From: a virus
Lineage: Duplodnaviria; Caudoviricetes
Virus record (IMG/VR): IMGVR_UViG_3300031473_000131
Span: 1-46,302 of that record
Strand: one strand, 5' to 3'
Length of the DNA stretch: 46,302 bases
The translations under genes and the position numbers were made by a program. Below are positions 28,105 to 37,555 of this stretch, in pieces. The notes beneath the pieces were generated by a model. The model searched no databases. It was not told where the DNA came from and saw only the letters and a list, made by a program, of their open reading frames with translations. The first letter of the stretch is position 1, and every line of letters starts with the position of its first letter.

Positions 28105-30132
28105 TTATTCCTGTGTAGCGGATTTCCGCCATTCGAGCTCACATTTGCAATTCGGATGAGCGGTCGGAGCCAAGTCCCCTGAGGGGAAGGCATCCTCCCG
28201 GTGTATCCAGCCCACAGCCGCGTTCATTGAACACACCTCAGCCGTTTCTCCGTTACTGGTCACCCAGCGCTTCTCTTCCAAGTTCATCTGTCGAGCGGAT
28301 TCAATGCTGCCCTGAGCGTAGGTGGTCAACACCTCAGTCCGGGCAATGCGTAAGGCTCGCCACTGACTCTCATCATCAAAGAACTTACCGAGATCGGCGG
28401 CGATGTCCTTGACCGACTTGCCATCAGTCACCCCTTGGGACAGGATCGAGGTCATTTCGGCTTTCAGATTATCTGCAACCTGCGTGGCGCTCTTGAGGCC
28501 ATGATCGGTCAACCAGGATGTCACCCTGTGATTTGTGGCGTCGAAGGTGGCGTCGGCACTTACTTTGGCGGCGGTCTGGGTGGCGGCATGAGCGAATACT
28601 GGCGGTAGCACCTTGCTCATTACGCCTTGAAAGGCCACGGTCACGAACGGCCAGAGTTCAAACAACAGCCGATACAGGTCGGTTTCCTGTACGTCGGACG
28701 AATTGGGATTGTTGTCCTTGAACGACTTCTTGCCCTTGAGCTTCTTGGCCGCGTCCCGAGCCACCACGCGATAGACCCGCTCATATTGCTCGGAGGCGTC
28801 ATTGACGGTGTTAGAGATATAGGCGGAGCGCTCATCTATAGAAGAGTAGGCAGCCTTGAAGTCCTTCTTGGGCTTTGGTGCATTGGTAGGTGGTGGGGGC
28901 GCACCAGCGGGAGGAGCCACAACGACAGGTTCTGGCGGCTTGATAGCAGTCGTGAGTGGCACGTAGTTGTTGGGTACCAATAGCACGTCACCGCCCTCGA
29001 TATCCTCTTGTCCGTCCATCTTTCGAACTTCATTGCGGGTCAACCAGCCGGATTGCAGGGCAATTTGCTTGACCTTGGCTTGCAGTTCGACATTCTGGGG
29101 CACAGGATCAGTGGCTACGATGCGGTACTCGGACGATTTCAATCCCCACAGTGTCAGGTAGAACTCCGTCAGACGGGTCGCAATGAAGCGCATCCGAGGG
29201 GCCACGACCCGCTTGGCAAAGACATATTCAGAGGCTTCGGCATTGGCCCGGTTCACGTCTTCGGTGATACCAAGGATGGATTTTGGGGTATGGAAGATAG
29301 CCAGGATCTCGTCACGAACCAGTCGCTTGCCTTCATTGAAGTCCATCTCCTGCGCAGTACTGGACACCTTGCTGACCTTGAGGCCACCTTCGAGCACGGC
29401 GGGCAGATGACTCTTGCCGACTCCCTGGAACTTTTCCAGCCACTTCTGTTCGATGCGCTCGTACTGCTCATCATTTAATGTCTGCTCAGTCTCCAGTGAA
29501 ATGCCGGGCACGGCAGAATTGAAGAAGAAGTCACGATTGTATTTGGAAGCGTAGGTGTCTATGTCTATGGGCACGGCAGCCGGTTTGACCAACCCCGTAC
29601 CCCGCAGCATGTCCTCGGGGTTGAAGTCATGGAAGTTGATCACTTCCCACGGCTTGAGCTGAATTGCCTTGCCTTGTTCGTTGCGGTACTCATAGCCTGC
29701 CACACCGTCGGGACCACCCCGCAGAATGGTCATACGGGTGGGGTCCATCAGCCACAGTTCAGTGGGTTGGGACTTAATACGTTGGGAGCCATTGGAATAG
29801 GCGACGTACCAGAACGCGCTGCCACACAGATCGACAAAGGCCGAGGTGCCATAAAACAAGTCGTCCGAGGTCATGGTCGGGTTGACCTGATTCAGCAAGT
29901 CCATGGCCGGGTGCGTGTCTACATCCGTCCAGTCAGAGCCGGTATTCTTTTGCAGTTTGAGTTCGATAGTGGAAACGTCGGTCGCAATCGCCCGGATACA
30001 GGCGTTTACCCAGGGGAGAGCATAGGCCTGGAGCAGATTCTTGGTTGCAAGACTGGGAGCGTTCCGGGGCATGTAGAACGCGAACATGGATTGATTGCGG
30101 GATTTGGTGAAGAGGTTGGAGAAGAAGCCCAT
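28105..30132 (-). CDS. HK97-family portal fused to Mu gpF/SPP1 gp7-like domain
   Basis: VLEGGL, NRANAE, LTRNEVR; Pro-rich linker; RIARTE...PTAHPNCKC. Confidence 0.92.
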   Translation of the reverse strand: MGFFSNLFTKSRNQSMFAFYMPRNAPSLATKNLLQAYALPWVNACIRAIATDVSTIELKLQKNTGSDWTDVDTHPAMDLLNQVNPTMTSDDLFYGTSAFVDLCGSAFWYVAYSNGSQRIKSQPTELWLMDPTRMTILRGGPDGVAGYEYRNEQGKAIQLKPWEVINFHDFNPEDMLRGTGLVKPAAVPIDIDTYASKYNRDFFFNSAVPGISLETEQTLNDEQYERIEQKWLEKFQGVGKSHLPAVLEGGLKVSKVSSTAQEMDFNEGKRLVRDEILAIFHTPKSILGITEDVNRANAEASEYVFAKRVVAPRMRFIATRLTEFYLTLWGLKSSEYRIVATDPVPQNVELQAKVKQIALQSGWLTRNEVRKMDGQEDIEGGDVLLVPNNYVPLTTAIKPPEPVVVAPPAGAPPPPTNAPKPKKDFKAAYSSIDERSAYISNTVNDASEQYERVYRVVARDAAKKLKGKKSFKDNNPNSSDVQETDLYRLLFELWPFVTVAFQGVMSKVLPPVFAHAATQTAAKVSADATFDATNHRVTSWLTDHGLKSATQVADNLKAEMTSILSQGVTDGKSVKDIAADLGKFFDDESQWRALRIARTEVLTTYAQGSIESARQMNLEEKRWVTSNGETAEVCSMNAAVGWIHREDAFPSGDLAPTAHPNCKCELEWRKSATQE

Positions 30133-30174
30133 ATACCCATTAGGATAGGGTTACGGAGGGACGTTTTTATACAG

Positions 30175-31524
30175 TTAACGGATATTGGGAATTGGGGTCG
30201 GGTCTAACTCGAAAAACATGCGCATCATCAACGCGTCCCCAAAGTCCGGTGATTTGCCATAGTGCTCCTTGACTTCCTCCTTGGTCAGCACTCGCAGCTT
30301 GGAGTCTTTGTCGGTGTTCTTGGCCTTCATCTGCTCAAGGTCGGCAATGATTGCCTCCCGTATCACCGAGTCGTCATGGGCAACCAGCAAGCGATGATTC
30401 CGTACGTAGTCAGCCAACGTATAGTAGCACTGGGCTTTCAGGTTGGCATAGTTGACTTTGAAGGTGTGCTTGGCTTGAATGGGGTCTTGCATGGCCGATG
30501 AACCATTAACAAACCCCTTGCACCGAAGGTGATCGACAGCATTGCCTCCCACGCCGTCCTCATCGAGCAGGACATGGCTCATCGGTATGCCGTGCTTGGC
30601 CCGTAATCCTTCTACCGCTTCCTCCACCTGCGGACCACTGGATTTATCCATGCTGTGAATCTCGGTAGCAACTAGACCCTCCCATACCACCATAACTGTC
30701 TTATCCCGCCCAAAGCGAGCCACGTCGCAGGTCAGGTAGCGATTCGTGCCCGGCTCCACGGGGTTTGAGAACAGATCGGTCAGGTCGTCTCGGGCGAAAA
30801 GGGTGTACGGATCGTCGTCATATTCCCAGTTGCCGAATAGCAGACGTTCTTTCATGGCTCGGTCGGTCAGGCTTCGCAGGGACTCAATGTAATGAGGTGA
30901 GACATGCGGATTGTCGGTGACGAGTGCCTGGACGAAGGCTCGACCCTTGGGAAGGGTCTTGTTCTTTGCCGGTTGATAAAACTCGGAGTAGACCCAGTTC
31001 TTGGCCGGATTGCATGAGCTGACCAGCTTGGGAATGAGATCGAAGTCTGCCAACCTGAAACGCAGTCGGGAACGTACCACCTCTTTGGCCCGATGGGACA
31101 CCTGATTGGCTTCATCGATGGCCGCGCCGGTGTATTCGGTTGAACCAAGGGAGTCGAAGTTGGGATCAGACGGGTAGGTGGCCAGATCCTTGAGGTAGAT
31201 GGTCGAGCCGTTGAAGAAGGTGATGATGTTGTCCTGCTGATTGAAGCGATAATGCTCGCCTGCCTTCATCCCCCAATCGGTTAGGACTTCAAACAGGGTC
31301 AGGAGCGTCGATTCCTTAAGCGATTTGAGGACAGCTCGTCCCAGAAGCCAGCGAGAACCCGGATAGCGAAGGCAATTCTTTGATTCCCATTCACAGATCA
31401 GACGACTCTTGCCTCCACCAGCACCGCCTCCGAAGAGTAGCTCAGTGGTGACATCGTCTTCGAGGTAACACCAGGCTTCGTCCTGCTTGGGTGTCGGATG
31501 GATGTTTATCGTCAGGGTGGACAT
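30175..31524 (-). CDS. terL: Terminase large subunit
   Basis: FGGGAGGGKS Walker A, AIDEA Walker B, DVARFGRD, SPDFGDA. Confidence 0.95.
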   Translation of the reverse strand: MSTLTINIHPTPKQDEAWCYLEDDVTTELLFGGGAGGGKSRLICEWESKNCLRYPGSRWLLGRAVLKSLKESTLLTLFEVLTDWGMKAGEHYRFNQQDNIITFFNGSTIYLKDLATYPSDPNFDSLGSTEYTGAAIDEANQVSHRAKEVVRSRLRFRLADFDLIPKLVSSCNPAKNWVYSEFYQPAKNKTLPKGRAFVQALVTDNPHVSPHYIESLRSLTDRAMKERLLFGNWEYDDDPYTLFARDDLTDLFSNPVEPGTNRYLTCDVARFGRDKTVMVVWEGLVATEIHSMDKSSGPQVEEAVEGLRAKHGIPMSHVLLDEDGVGGNAVDHLRCKGFVNGSSAMQDPIQAKHTFKVNYANLKAQCYYTLADYVRNHRLLVAHDDSVIREAIIADLEQMKAKNTDKDSKLRVLTKEEVKEHYGKSPDFGDALMMRMFFELDPTPIPNIR

Positions 31525-31852
31525 GATTGATGGTGACTGAGGTGACGCCTGTTTGATCGATTTCCTGCTTGGGTGGCTTGAAGTCTTCGGGGTAGAGGTT
31601 GGCAAAGAGGTTGTCGATTTTCACCTTACGCTGATTCACCTTGGCAAATTTGGCTTGCGCTCTGAGCATGTCTATCCGAAAATTCTCGTCAGCAGCTTCC
31701 CAGTCGCGGATAGTTTGAATGTCTCGACCGACGAAGTTGGCAGCGGCCGTTTTCATGCCGGTCGTTTCAAAGAATGACAATACTTGCTCTTTCATCTGAG
31801 CAATATCGTCATCTCGGCTCATATCGGGGTTAGCTCGCTTTTTACCTGGCAT
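31442..31852 (-). CDS. terS: Putative terminase small subunit
   Basis: HTH-like AAANFVGRDIQTIRDW directly upstream of terL. Confidence 0.7.
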   Translation of the reverse strand: MPGKKRANPDMSRDDDIAQMKEQVLSFFETTGMKTAAANFVGRDIQTIRDWEAADENFRIDMLRAQAKFAKVNQRKVKIDNLFANLYPEDFKPPKQEIDQTGVTSVTINHVHPDDKHPSDTQAGRSLVLPRRRCHH

Positions 31853-31994
31853 GTGGACATAATATCACTTTGAGGGGATTGCAGTCATCTTCACTACGTC
31901 GCTCACGTTACCATTCTTCAAATGGTTCGTTACTAACGCCTCAAGCCGCAAACACCGTTAAATAAACTCACCGACATGCATAGGAGTTACTAAA

Positions 31995-32582
31995 GTGCAC
32001 GCCAATGCCAACGAGTTTTATTCTGTATTAGTTCAAACCACCGGGGTTATAGTCGCAATAGTGGCCGGTTTTTTAGCAGGCGGTCTGGTAACAATTTCAT
32101 CAAAGCGAGCGAGTATCAAGGAAAGACTAAAAACAAATGATCATGAAATTCAAATTGTAGAAAAAGGACTTGTGGAACCAAGGAAAATCATTAAACGACT
32201 AAATCAATCTCTGAGAGAAGGCGTCTACGGCGATAGCGAAGACTACCATATGAGTATAGACCAACATATGCGTAGGGTGCGCGAGGGTGAAGAGCGGATA
32301 GTTGATCTTGAAAATGACAAGTCGCTTCAGTTTGCACTGTTGAAGTCTACGTCCAACCCCGGAACTGAAATTGGAACTGCAGTTCTGGCATTGCTAGTAA
32401 TGACTGTGTTGGGAATAATTGTTCCTTTGTACTTTACTATTGCCACCTTCGATGACCTGAACTCTAAGTATGAGTGGGGGGTCTATGGGGCATTCGTCAC
32501 TAGCGTAGCAGCACTGATTGTATACGCTTGGTTCAAATACCGAACATCGCAAACACGGACAGCAGGTCGTGCTGAACTATGA
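31995..32582 (+). CDS. Membrane protein with coiled coil (moron)
   Basis: TM, coiled coil, 2 TM; antisense to neighbours. Confidence 0.65.
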   Translation: MHANANEFYSVLVQTTGVIVAIVAGFLAGGLVTISSKRASIKERLKTNDHEIQIVEKGLVEPRKIIKRLNQSLREGVYGDSEDYHMSIDQHMRRVREGEERIVDLENDKSLQFALLKSTSNPGTEIGTAVLALLVMTVLGIIVPLYFTIATFDDLNSKYEWGVYGAFVTSVAALIVYAWFKYRTSQTRTAGRAEL

Positions 32583-32765
32583 ATTAGACGTCAGTACTAC
32601 GAACAGTTCTTGCCCACGCAGCTCCATCAGTTTTTGCATAACATGCGGCTCCTCATAAACATCGAATGTCAAACGAATCGCTTCGCCTTCCTGTCCACCG
32701 GCTCGAATGGCAGTAGCGATTGGCGAGATGACCGCATGAAGGGCCAACGGTTCAGGCTTTGGCAT
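32577..32765 (-). CDS. Hypothetical protein
   Basis: AAGGAGG SD; MPKPEPLAL... Confidence 0.55.
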   Translation of the reverse strand: MPKPEPLALHAVISPIATAIRAGGQEGEAIRLTFDVYEEPHVMQKLMELRGQELFVVLTSNS

Positions 32766-32937
32766 GTGCCTCCTTAACCCAGACCTGGAGTGTGCCGTAG
32801 CTGGGCATCTCATATTCCCGAAGCACCACATGGAGCGTCCAATTACGCTGGATGTGCATAGCGGTGGCCTTGGGATGCACCTGACAAATCAGCCAGATAA
32901 GATTCTCCATCACGAATACTTCCTCATCGCGATTCAT
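32752..32937 (-). CDS. Hypothetical protein
   Basis: Overlapping small ORF in operon. Confidence 0.5.
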   Translation of the reverse strand: MNRDEEVFVMENLIWLICQVHPKATAMHIQRNWTLHVVLREYEMPSYGTLQVWVKEAHAKA

Positions 32938-33256
32938 GGCTTCCGTCCATATACGCTCGCAGTCGCGTCCTCATGCGGGGCACCATCTGGTGAATTGCCT
33001 GGACTGAGATACCATTCTTGGCAGCGACTTCCTTGCGGGAATAGCCATTGGCCAGCTCTCTGGCAATCTTGCGTTGGCGCTTGGTCAGGGCTTTGTACAA
33101 GTCGGTCGAGCCAGCCAGTCCAAGAGTGAAGCTATCCGGGGTCGAGGGTTCAGCCCATGACTGTTCTTGCAACTCATCAAGGGACGACACCCGCACCTGA
33201 GTACGGATATACGCAACACGCTTGGTAGCAAGGGTGGAATGGAGCATTATTTGCAT
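32924..33256 (-). CDS. Sigma70 region 4/LuxR-type HTH regulator (possible late activator)
   Basis: LTKRQRKIARELANGYSRKEVAAKNGISVQAI. Confidence 0.75.
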   Translation of the reverse strand: MQIMLHSTLATKRVAYIRTQVRVSSLDELQEQSWAEPSTPDSFTLGLAGSTDLYKALTKRQRKIARELANGYSRKEVAAKNGISVQAIHQMVPRMRTRLRAYMDGSHESR

Positions 33257-33383
33257 TATAGCAAATCGAACAAGAGCAGTTAGAATGCGTCACCACCATT
33301 CTCATAGCTCGCACGTCTGTACGAACATGGGTTACAGTATCCAGAGTTGGATGACCGCACGAAAATAGTGGGAGAGTAGCAAC

Positions 33384-35009
33384 GTGGCGGGCAACGCGCT
33401 GTACTATGGCGACAATCTGGAGATCCTGCATGACCACATCGACACCGAGTCGGTTGATCTGGTGTACCTAGACCCTCCCTTCAACTCCCAGCGCAACTAC
33501 AATGTCCTATTCAAGGAAACGACTGGTGAGTCCTCTCCTGCCCAGATTCAGGCATTCACAGACACCTGGGCATGGGATAGAGCAGCTGAAGCGGCCTTTG
33601 ATAACCTCATCGATACTGGCCCTCATAATGTTGCCACCATGATTTCCGCCATGCGTGAGTTTGTGGGTCGAAACGATATGATGGCCTATCTCGTAATGAT
33701 GGCTCAGCGCCTCGTTGAGCTACATCGGGTACTCAAACCCACGGGCAGTCTCTACCTCCATTGCGACCCGACAGCAAGCCACTACCTAAAAATGTTGCTC
33801 GATACTGTGTTTGGAAAGACGCGATTCATGAGTGAGATTAGTTGGCGACGTACCAGCGCTCACAGCGACGCAGCGCAAGGCCGGAAGAATATGGGACATA
33901 TTCGAGATGTCCTACTATTCTACACAAAGTCAGCAAAGTACATTTGGAATATTCAATATACGCCCTACAGCGCCGAGTATGTCGCCAAGAATTACAAACA
34001 TATAGACCCAGAAAACGGAAAATTCTTTACCCACAGTGACTTGACCGCTGCTAAAGGCGGCGGAGATACATCTTATGAGTGGAAGGGCAGAAAACCATAC
34101 TCAGGTAGGTTCTGGGCATATTCGAAAGCCAATATGGATAAATTCGAGGTAGAGGGACGACTGTTCTATACAACAACCGGCACACCTCGGCTCAGGAACT
34201 ACCTCGATGATATGCCGGGTATCCCATTGCAAGATGATTGGAGCGACATAGAGCCAGCTTCCGGTACTGAGAGACTTGGCTATCCAACTCAGAAACCACT
34301 TGAACTCTTGGAACGAATAATTAAAACCAGTTCGAACCCCGGTGACGTTGTGCTTGATCCGTTCTGTGGCTGTGGTACAGCGGTTGTCGCCGCTCAGTCA
34401 CTAGGGAGATCTTGGGTAGGGATCGACATTACTCACCTGTCGATTGCATTGATGAAGAACCGCCTGATTGACGCGTTTGGGTCAGGAGTCAAGTTTGAGG
34501 TCGAGGGTGAACCAGAGGATGTTGGCTCGGCTCGTATGTTGGCAGACACAGACCGTTATCAATTCCAGTGGTGGGCTTCATCATTAGTCAACGCTCAGCC
34601 GGTCGATGGTAAGGAAAAGAAGGGAGCGGATCGCGGCATCGACGGGGTGATTCGGTTTGTGGATGATGCCCCTGGCAAAATCAAACGGGTTCTGGTGCAG
34701 GTCAAATCAGGTCACGTCAACAGCGCCACCATGAGAGACCTGATTGGCACATTAGAGCGGGAGAAGGCGGAGATGGGCATGCTGGTCACGCTTGAACCTT
34801 CAACCAAACCCATGCGTCAAGAAGCCCTCGAAGCCGGCAAGTACTATTCACCTGGTTGGAATCGGGAATTCCCCCGAATCCAGATTCTCACTATTGAAGA
34901 GTTACTCACTGGAACGAAGCCCGACGTGCCGCCTATGCGAGCCACGTTTGAACGCGCCCAGCGTATCAAGAGCAAGTCCACCCACTCACAGCCCAGCCTG
35001 CTGGAGTAA
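33384..35009 (+). CDS. Beta-class N6A/N4C DNA methyltransferase with C-terminal Mrr-like domain
   Basis: YLDPPFNS before YPTQKP...VLDPFCGCGT; GADRGIDG...LVQVKSG. Confidence 0.9.
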   Translation: MAGNALYYGDNLEILHDHIDTESVDLVYLDPPFNSQRNYNVLFKETTGESSPAQIQAFTDTWAWDRAAEAAFDNLIDTGPHNVATMISAMREFVGRNDMMAYLVMMAQRLVELHRVLKPTGSLYLHCDPTASHYLKMLLDTVFGKTRFMSEISWRRTSAHSDAAQGRKNMGHIRDVLLFYTKSAKYIWNIQYTPYSAEYVAKNYKHIDPENGKFFTHSDLTAAKGGGDTSYEWKGRKPYSGRFWAYSKANMDKFEVEGRLFYTTTGTPRLRNYLDDMPGIPLQDDWSDIEPASGTERLGYPTQKPLELLERIIKTSSNPGDVVLDPFCGCGTAVVAAQSLGRSWVGIDITHLSIALMKNRLIDAFGSGVKFEVEGEPEDVGSARMLADTDRYQFQWWASSLVNAQPVDGKEKKGADRGIDGVIRFVDDAPGKIKRVLVQVKSGHVNSATMRDLIGTLEREKAEMGMLVTLEPSTKPMRQEALEAGKYYSPGWNREFPRIQILTIEELLTGTKPDVPPMRATFERAQRIKSKSTHSQPSLLE

Positions 35010-35338
35010 CGTTCAATGCCCACCATGATAGAAACCTTACTCTTAGGAGCCCATCGCGAGTGGCAATCAAAGCACAGGCTCACTAAGTCGCCCGGTTTCT
35101 CATTAAACAAGTTGCGGTAGGTAATATGGTGTGCCTGGAGATTGCGTGGTGAACCACACAGCGCGCATTTGAAATAGAAGTGTTTGAAACATTCCTTGCG
35201 CTTCTTCTGCCACCGCTTAGAAAATTGGATGTAGTAGGTGTAGCCCTGCTTGGCAATCCGTCGCTCCTGGGCCTCATGGATAGCCCACAGACACGCGAGT
35301 CCAAAGAATACGACCGTGATAAAAACAAATAATTCCAT
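34844..35338 (-). CDS. HNH endonuclease with N-terminal TM segment; a second HNH lies in frame upstream (about 35380-35600)
   Basis: CALCG...LQAHHITY...LVSLCFDCH; upstream CHLC...NLHHLVPK...VHCRCHKRLH. Confidence 0.7.
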   Translation of the reverse strand: MELFVFITVVFFGLACLWAIHEAQERRIAKQGYTYYIQFSKRWQKKRKECFKHFYFKCALCGSPRNLQAHHITYRNLFNEKPGDLVSLCFDCHSRWAPKSKVSIMVGIERYSSRLGCEWVDLLLIRWARSNVARIGGTSGFVPVSNSSIVRIWIRGNSRFQPGE

Positions 35339-35562
35339 ACCTTGATAATAGCAAAATAAAGGGGAGTGGCAAAAAATGCCAGCTCCCCAGTTGATTCGAG
35401 CCATGAATGTCACGTACTCCACCAGACTCATCTTTGGGTCGTCGAGCCGTCGGTGGAGACGCTTGTGACACCTGCAATGCACCGGCAGAAGTGGTGTCGG
35501 TAGATGATACCGCTTCGGGACTAGGTGGTGTAGGTTGACGGGTGTGCCGTCATTGAGCGGGT

Positions 35563-35961
35563 TCAAGCAGAGGTGGCAGGTGTTTCCCCGACAAATTCCC
35601 GCACAGTGAATACTTTGCTGCTTTTCATCACCCCGTCGCCGTTGACGTAAGTCTTGAGTCTCTCTAACCCTTTGACGGTAACGTTGTCGCCTCTCTGCAA
35701 CTCCTGCGCCTGTTCGGCCACTTCGCCCCACGCTTCGAGACTCAACCATGTCGTAAACTTCCCCTCTTGAATTCCCAGTCCTGCGGTAAACAGCTTGCGG
35801 CCCTTGACGACTTTCATCTCAGGTCGTCCCACGATACCGGTCAGTTTGGTTTCATCGACCGACTCCGCTTTGACTTGGGGCAGTGGTTCGTCAAGCTCGT
35901 CGATTGCGCCGCGAAGCTCCACCAGTAGGGTCTTAATCCGTTCAAGCGTTGTAGCTTCCAT
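35563..35961 (-). CDS. ssb: Single-stranded DNA-binding protein (OB fold)
   Basis: LTGIVGRPE, TTWLSLEAWGEVAE, RGDNVTVKG. Confidence 0.8.
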   Translation of the reverse strand: MEATTLERIKTLLVELRGAIDELDEPLPQVKAESVDETKLTGIVGRPEMKVVKGRKLFTAGLGIQEGKFTTWLSLEAWGEVAEQAQELQRGDNVTVKGLERLKTYVNGDGVMKSSKVFTVREFVGETPATSA

Positions 35962-36196
35962 CGACTTCGTCTCCTAGGAGTGTTTCGGCCAGTGGGTTAC
36001 GACACAAGCGACCCACCCATACCACGATCTGAAAGCCTCGTACGTCGATAAACTCTCGCTTTTCTAGTGGTAGACCCACGTGACGCTCTAACACCGCCAC
36101 AAACTGCCTGGTCTCATCCCTCGACGTATCTGTCGGAAGGAATGACACTGGGCGACCATTGCGGAGCCGTTCGACGGCTTCCTCTAGCGTGGTCAT
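35942..36196 (-). CDS. Hypothetical protein
   Basis: AAGGAG SD; MTTLEEAVERL. Confidence 0.55.
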   Translation of the reverse strand: MTTLEEAVERLRNGRPVSFLPTDTSRDETRQFVAVLERHVGLPLEKREFIDVRGFQIVVWVGRLCRNPLAETLLGDEVDGSYNA

Positions 36197-36370
36197 GACT
36201 CGGCTCCTTGCTGAGAGTCCACGGGACAACAAACGCAAAATAGACCCGGACAAAAATGTCCGAGCCTCTCCCCCTGCTACCTGATTTGGATAGCCTGGTC
36301 GTTACATAATGCGCTTTATGGTTGGGAATGAAAACAGGGAGCCAATCGTTGCCGATCAACTCCCCGATAA

Positions 36371-37195
36371 TTACGCTGCCTGCGCTTCTTCCTCGATATG
36401 CAGCAGGTCGGCAATGTTACGCACGGCCAAGTGAATCCGTGTCAGGCTGTCGTGAAAGTCCTCAACACAGCCACCGTAATGCAGGATGTAATCCTGGCTA
36501 AACGGATTGTTCAGACCGTATAGGCGAGCCAGCAGGTAGGCTCCTGCCTCCGCTTCCAGCTCTCGTTGCGCTTTGGTCGTGTTCTCGCGCTTGTCGCCTT
36601 TGTGCATGACCTCATGGACGTACTCGTGCAAGAGACACAGGAACTTTTCGCCGGCAGAGATGGCCGGACTAATGATGATCCGTCCGCCTGTACTCATGCC
36701 GTGGATACCTGTGGGCAGTGGTTCCTCGTCCACCATAATGCCGGTCGAGCCAATGGACGCGCGGGCGTTGTAGTAGAGCGTGTCGTAATCACCGTCCAGT
36801 GCATAGCGGACTTTGGGCAGATCGACTTGCTCCACCAGTTGCGACACGTCAAACACGCAAAGCGCGATATACCCAACCAACCGTTGTGTCAGCTCTCCGG
36901 TCACGTCATCAACGAGTCTCTTGAGAATTGGCCCTCTCACCCAGATAGCTTTCTCGCCCTCTCGCACGTGGTAGCCCATCTTCTCCCAGGCCTTGTAGCC
37001 CGCACAATGGGTGGCGTCGGGTCGTTGAATCAGTATCAGCATGGCATTTGCCAGACTGTACTTATGGAACCTCGAATAAAATTCAAGCAGTTCCAAGAAC
37101 CGCTCCGTGTGTCCGGCGTTGATGGCATGCTCCAAATCCTGTGTTGCCGTCGCCACCGTTTCCTCTAGCCATTCGCCGCGTTCTGACCTATTCAC
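36371..37195 (-). CDS. ardC: ArdC-like antirestriction protein (ssDNA-binding plus zincin domain)
   Basis: FHKYSLANAMLI.IQRPDAT..AGYKAW, GEKAI, VFDVSQ, HEYVH, ELEAE. Confidence 0.85.
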   Translation of the reverse strand: MNRSERGEWLEETVATATQDLEHAINAGHTERFLELLEFYSRFHKYSLANAMLILIQRPDATHCAGYKAWEKMGYHVREGEKAIWVRGPILKRLVDDVTGELTQRLVGYIALCVFDVSQLVEQVDLPKVRYALDGDYDTLYYNARASIGSTGIMVDEEPLPTGIHGMSTGGRIIISPAISAGEKFLCLLHEYVHEVMHKGDKRENTTKAQRELEAEAGAYLLARLYGLNNPFSQDYILHYGGCVEDFHDSLTRIHLAVRNIADLLHIEEEAQAA

Positions 37196-37271
37196 CGTTG
37201 CTCTCCTTACTGAGCTTTGCAACGTAGACGGTTCTACGTTCCTTCAGGTCAGCAAGGGCGGCTAGTGTCTA

Positions 37272-37412
37272 TCAGGCGTCTTTACTCTCCTCCCGCCGTA
37301 TCCGGCGATACAGCATCTCGTTATACGTTCTCTCTAGCGCCATCAATATGATTCCGGCACTGAGTACTGCCAGGAATGCTGGGACAAATATTGATTCAAA
37401 CGTCATCATCAT
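37272..37412 (-). CDS. 46-aa single-TM protein (not in ORF track)
   Basis: GGAGG SD; IFVPAFLAVLSAGIILMAL. Confidence 0.5.
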   Translation of the reverse strand: MMMTFESIFVPAFLAVLSAGIILMALERTYNEMLYRRIRREESKDA

Positions 37413-37555
37413 TCTTTACCCTCCAGTTAGCTTTATTATCGAGCCGGATCTATAGCTTCATGACTACAAATCGCAGAGCCTAGGTATTGGTACTTTCGTC
37501 AGGCTATAGCGCAGTTTGGTTACTGGCTTGAGCGTTTCCGCCATCCGACTCGGAT

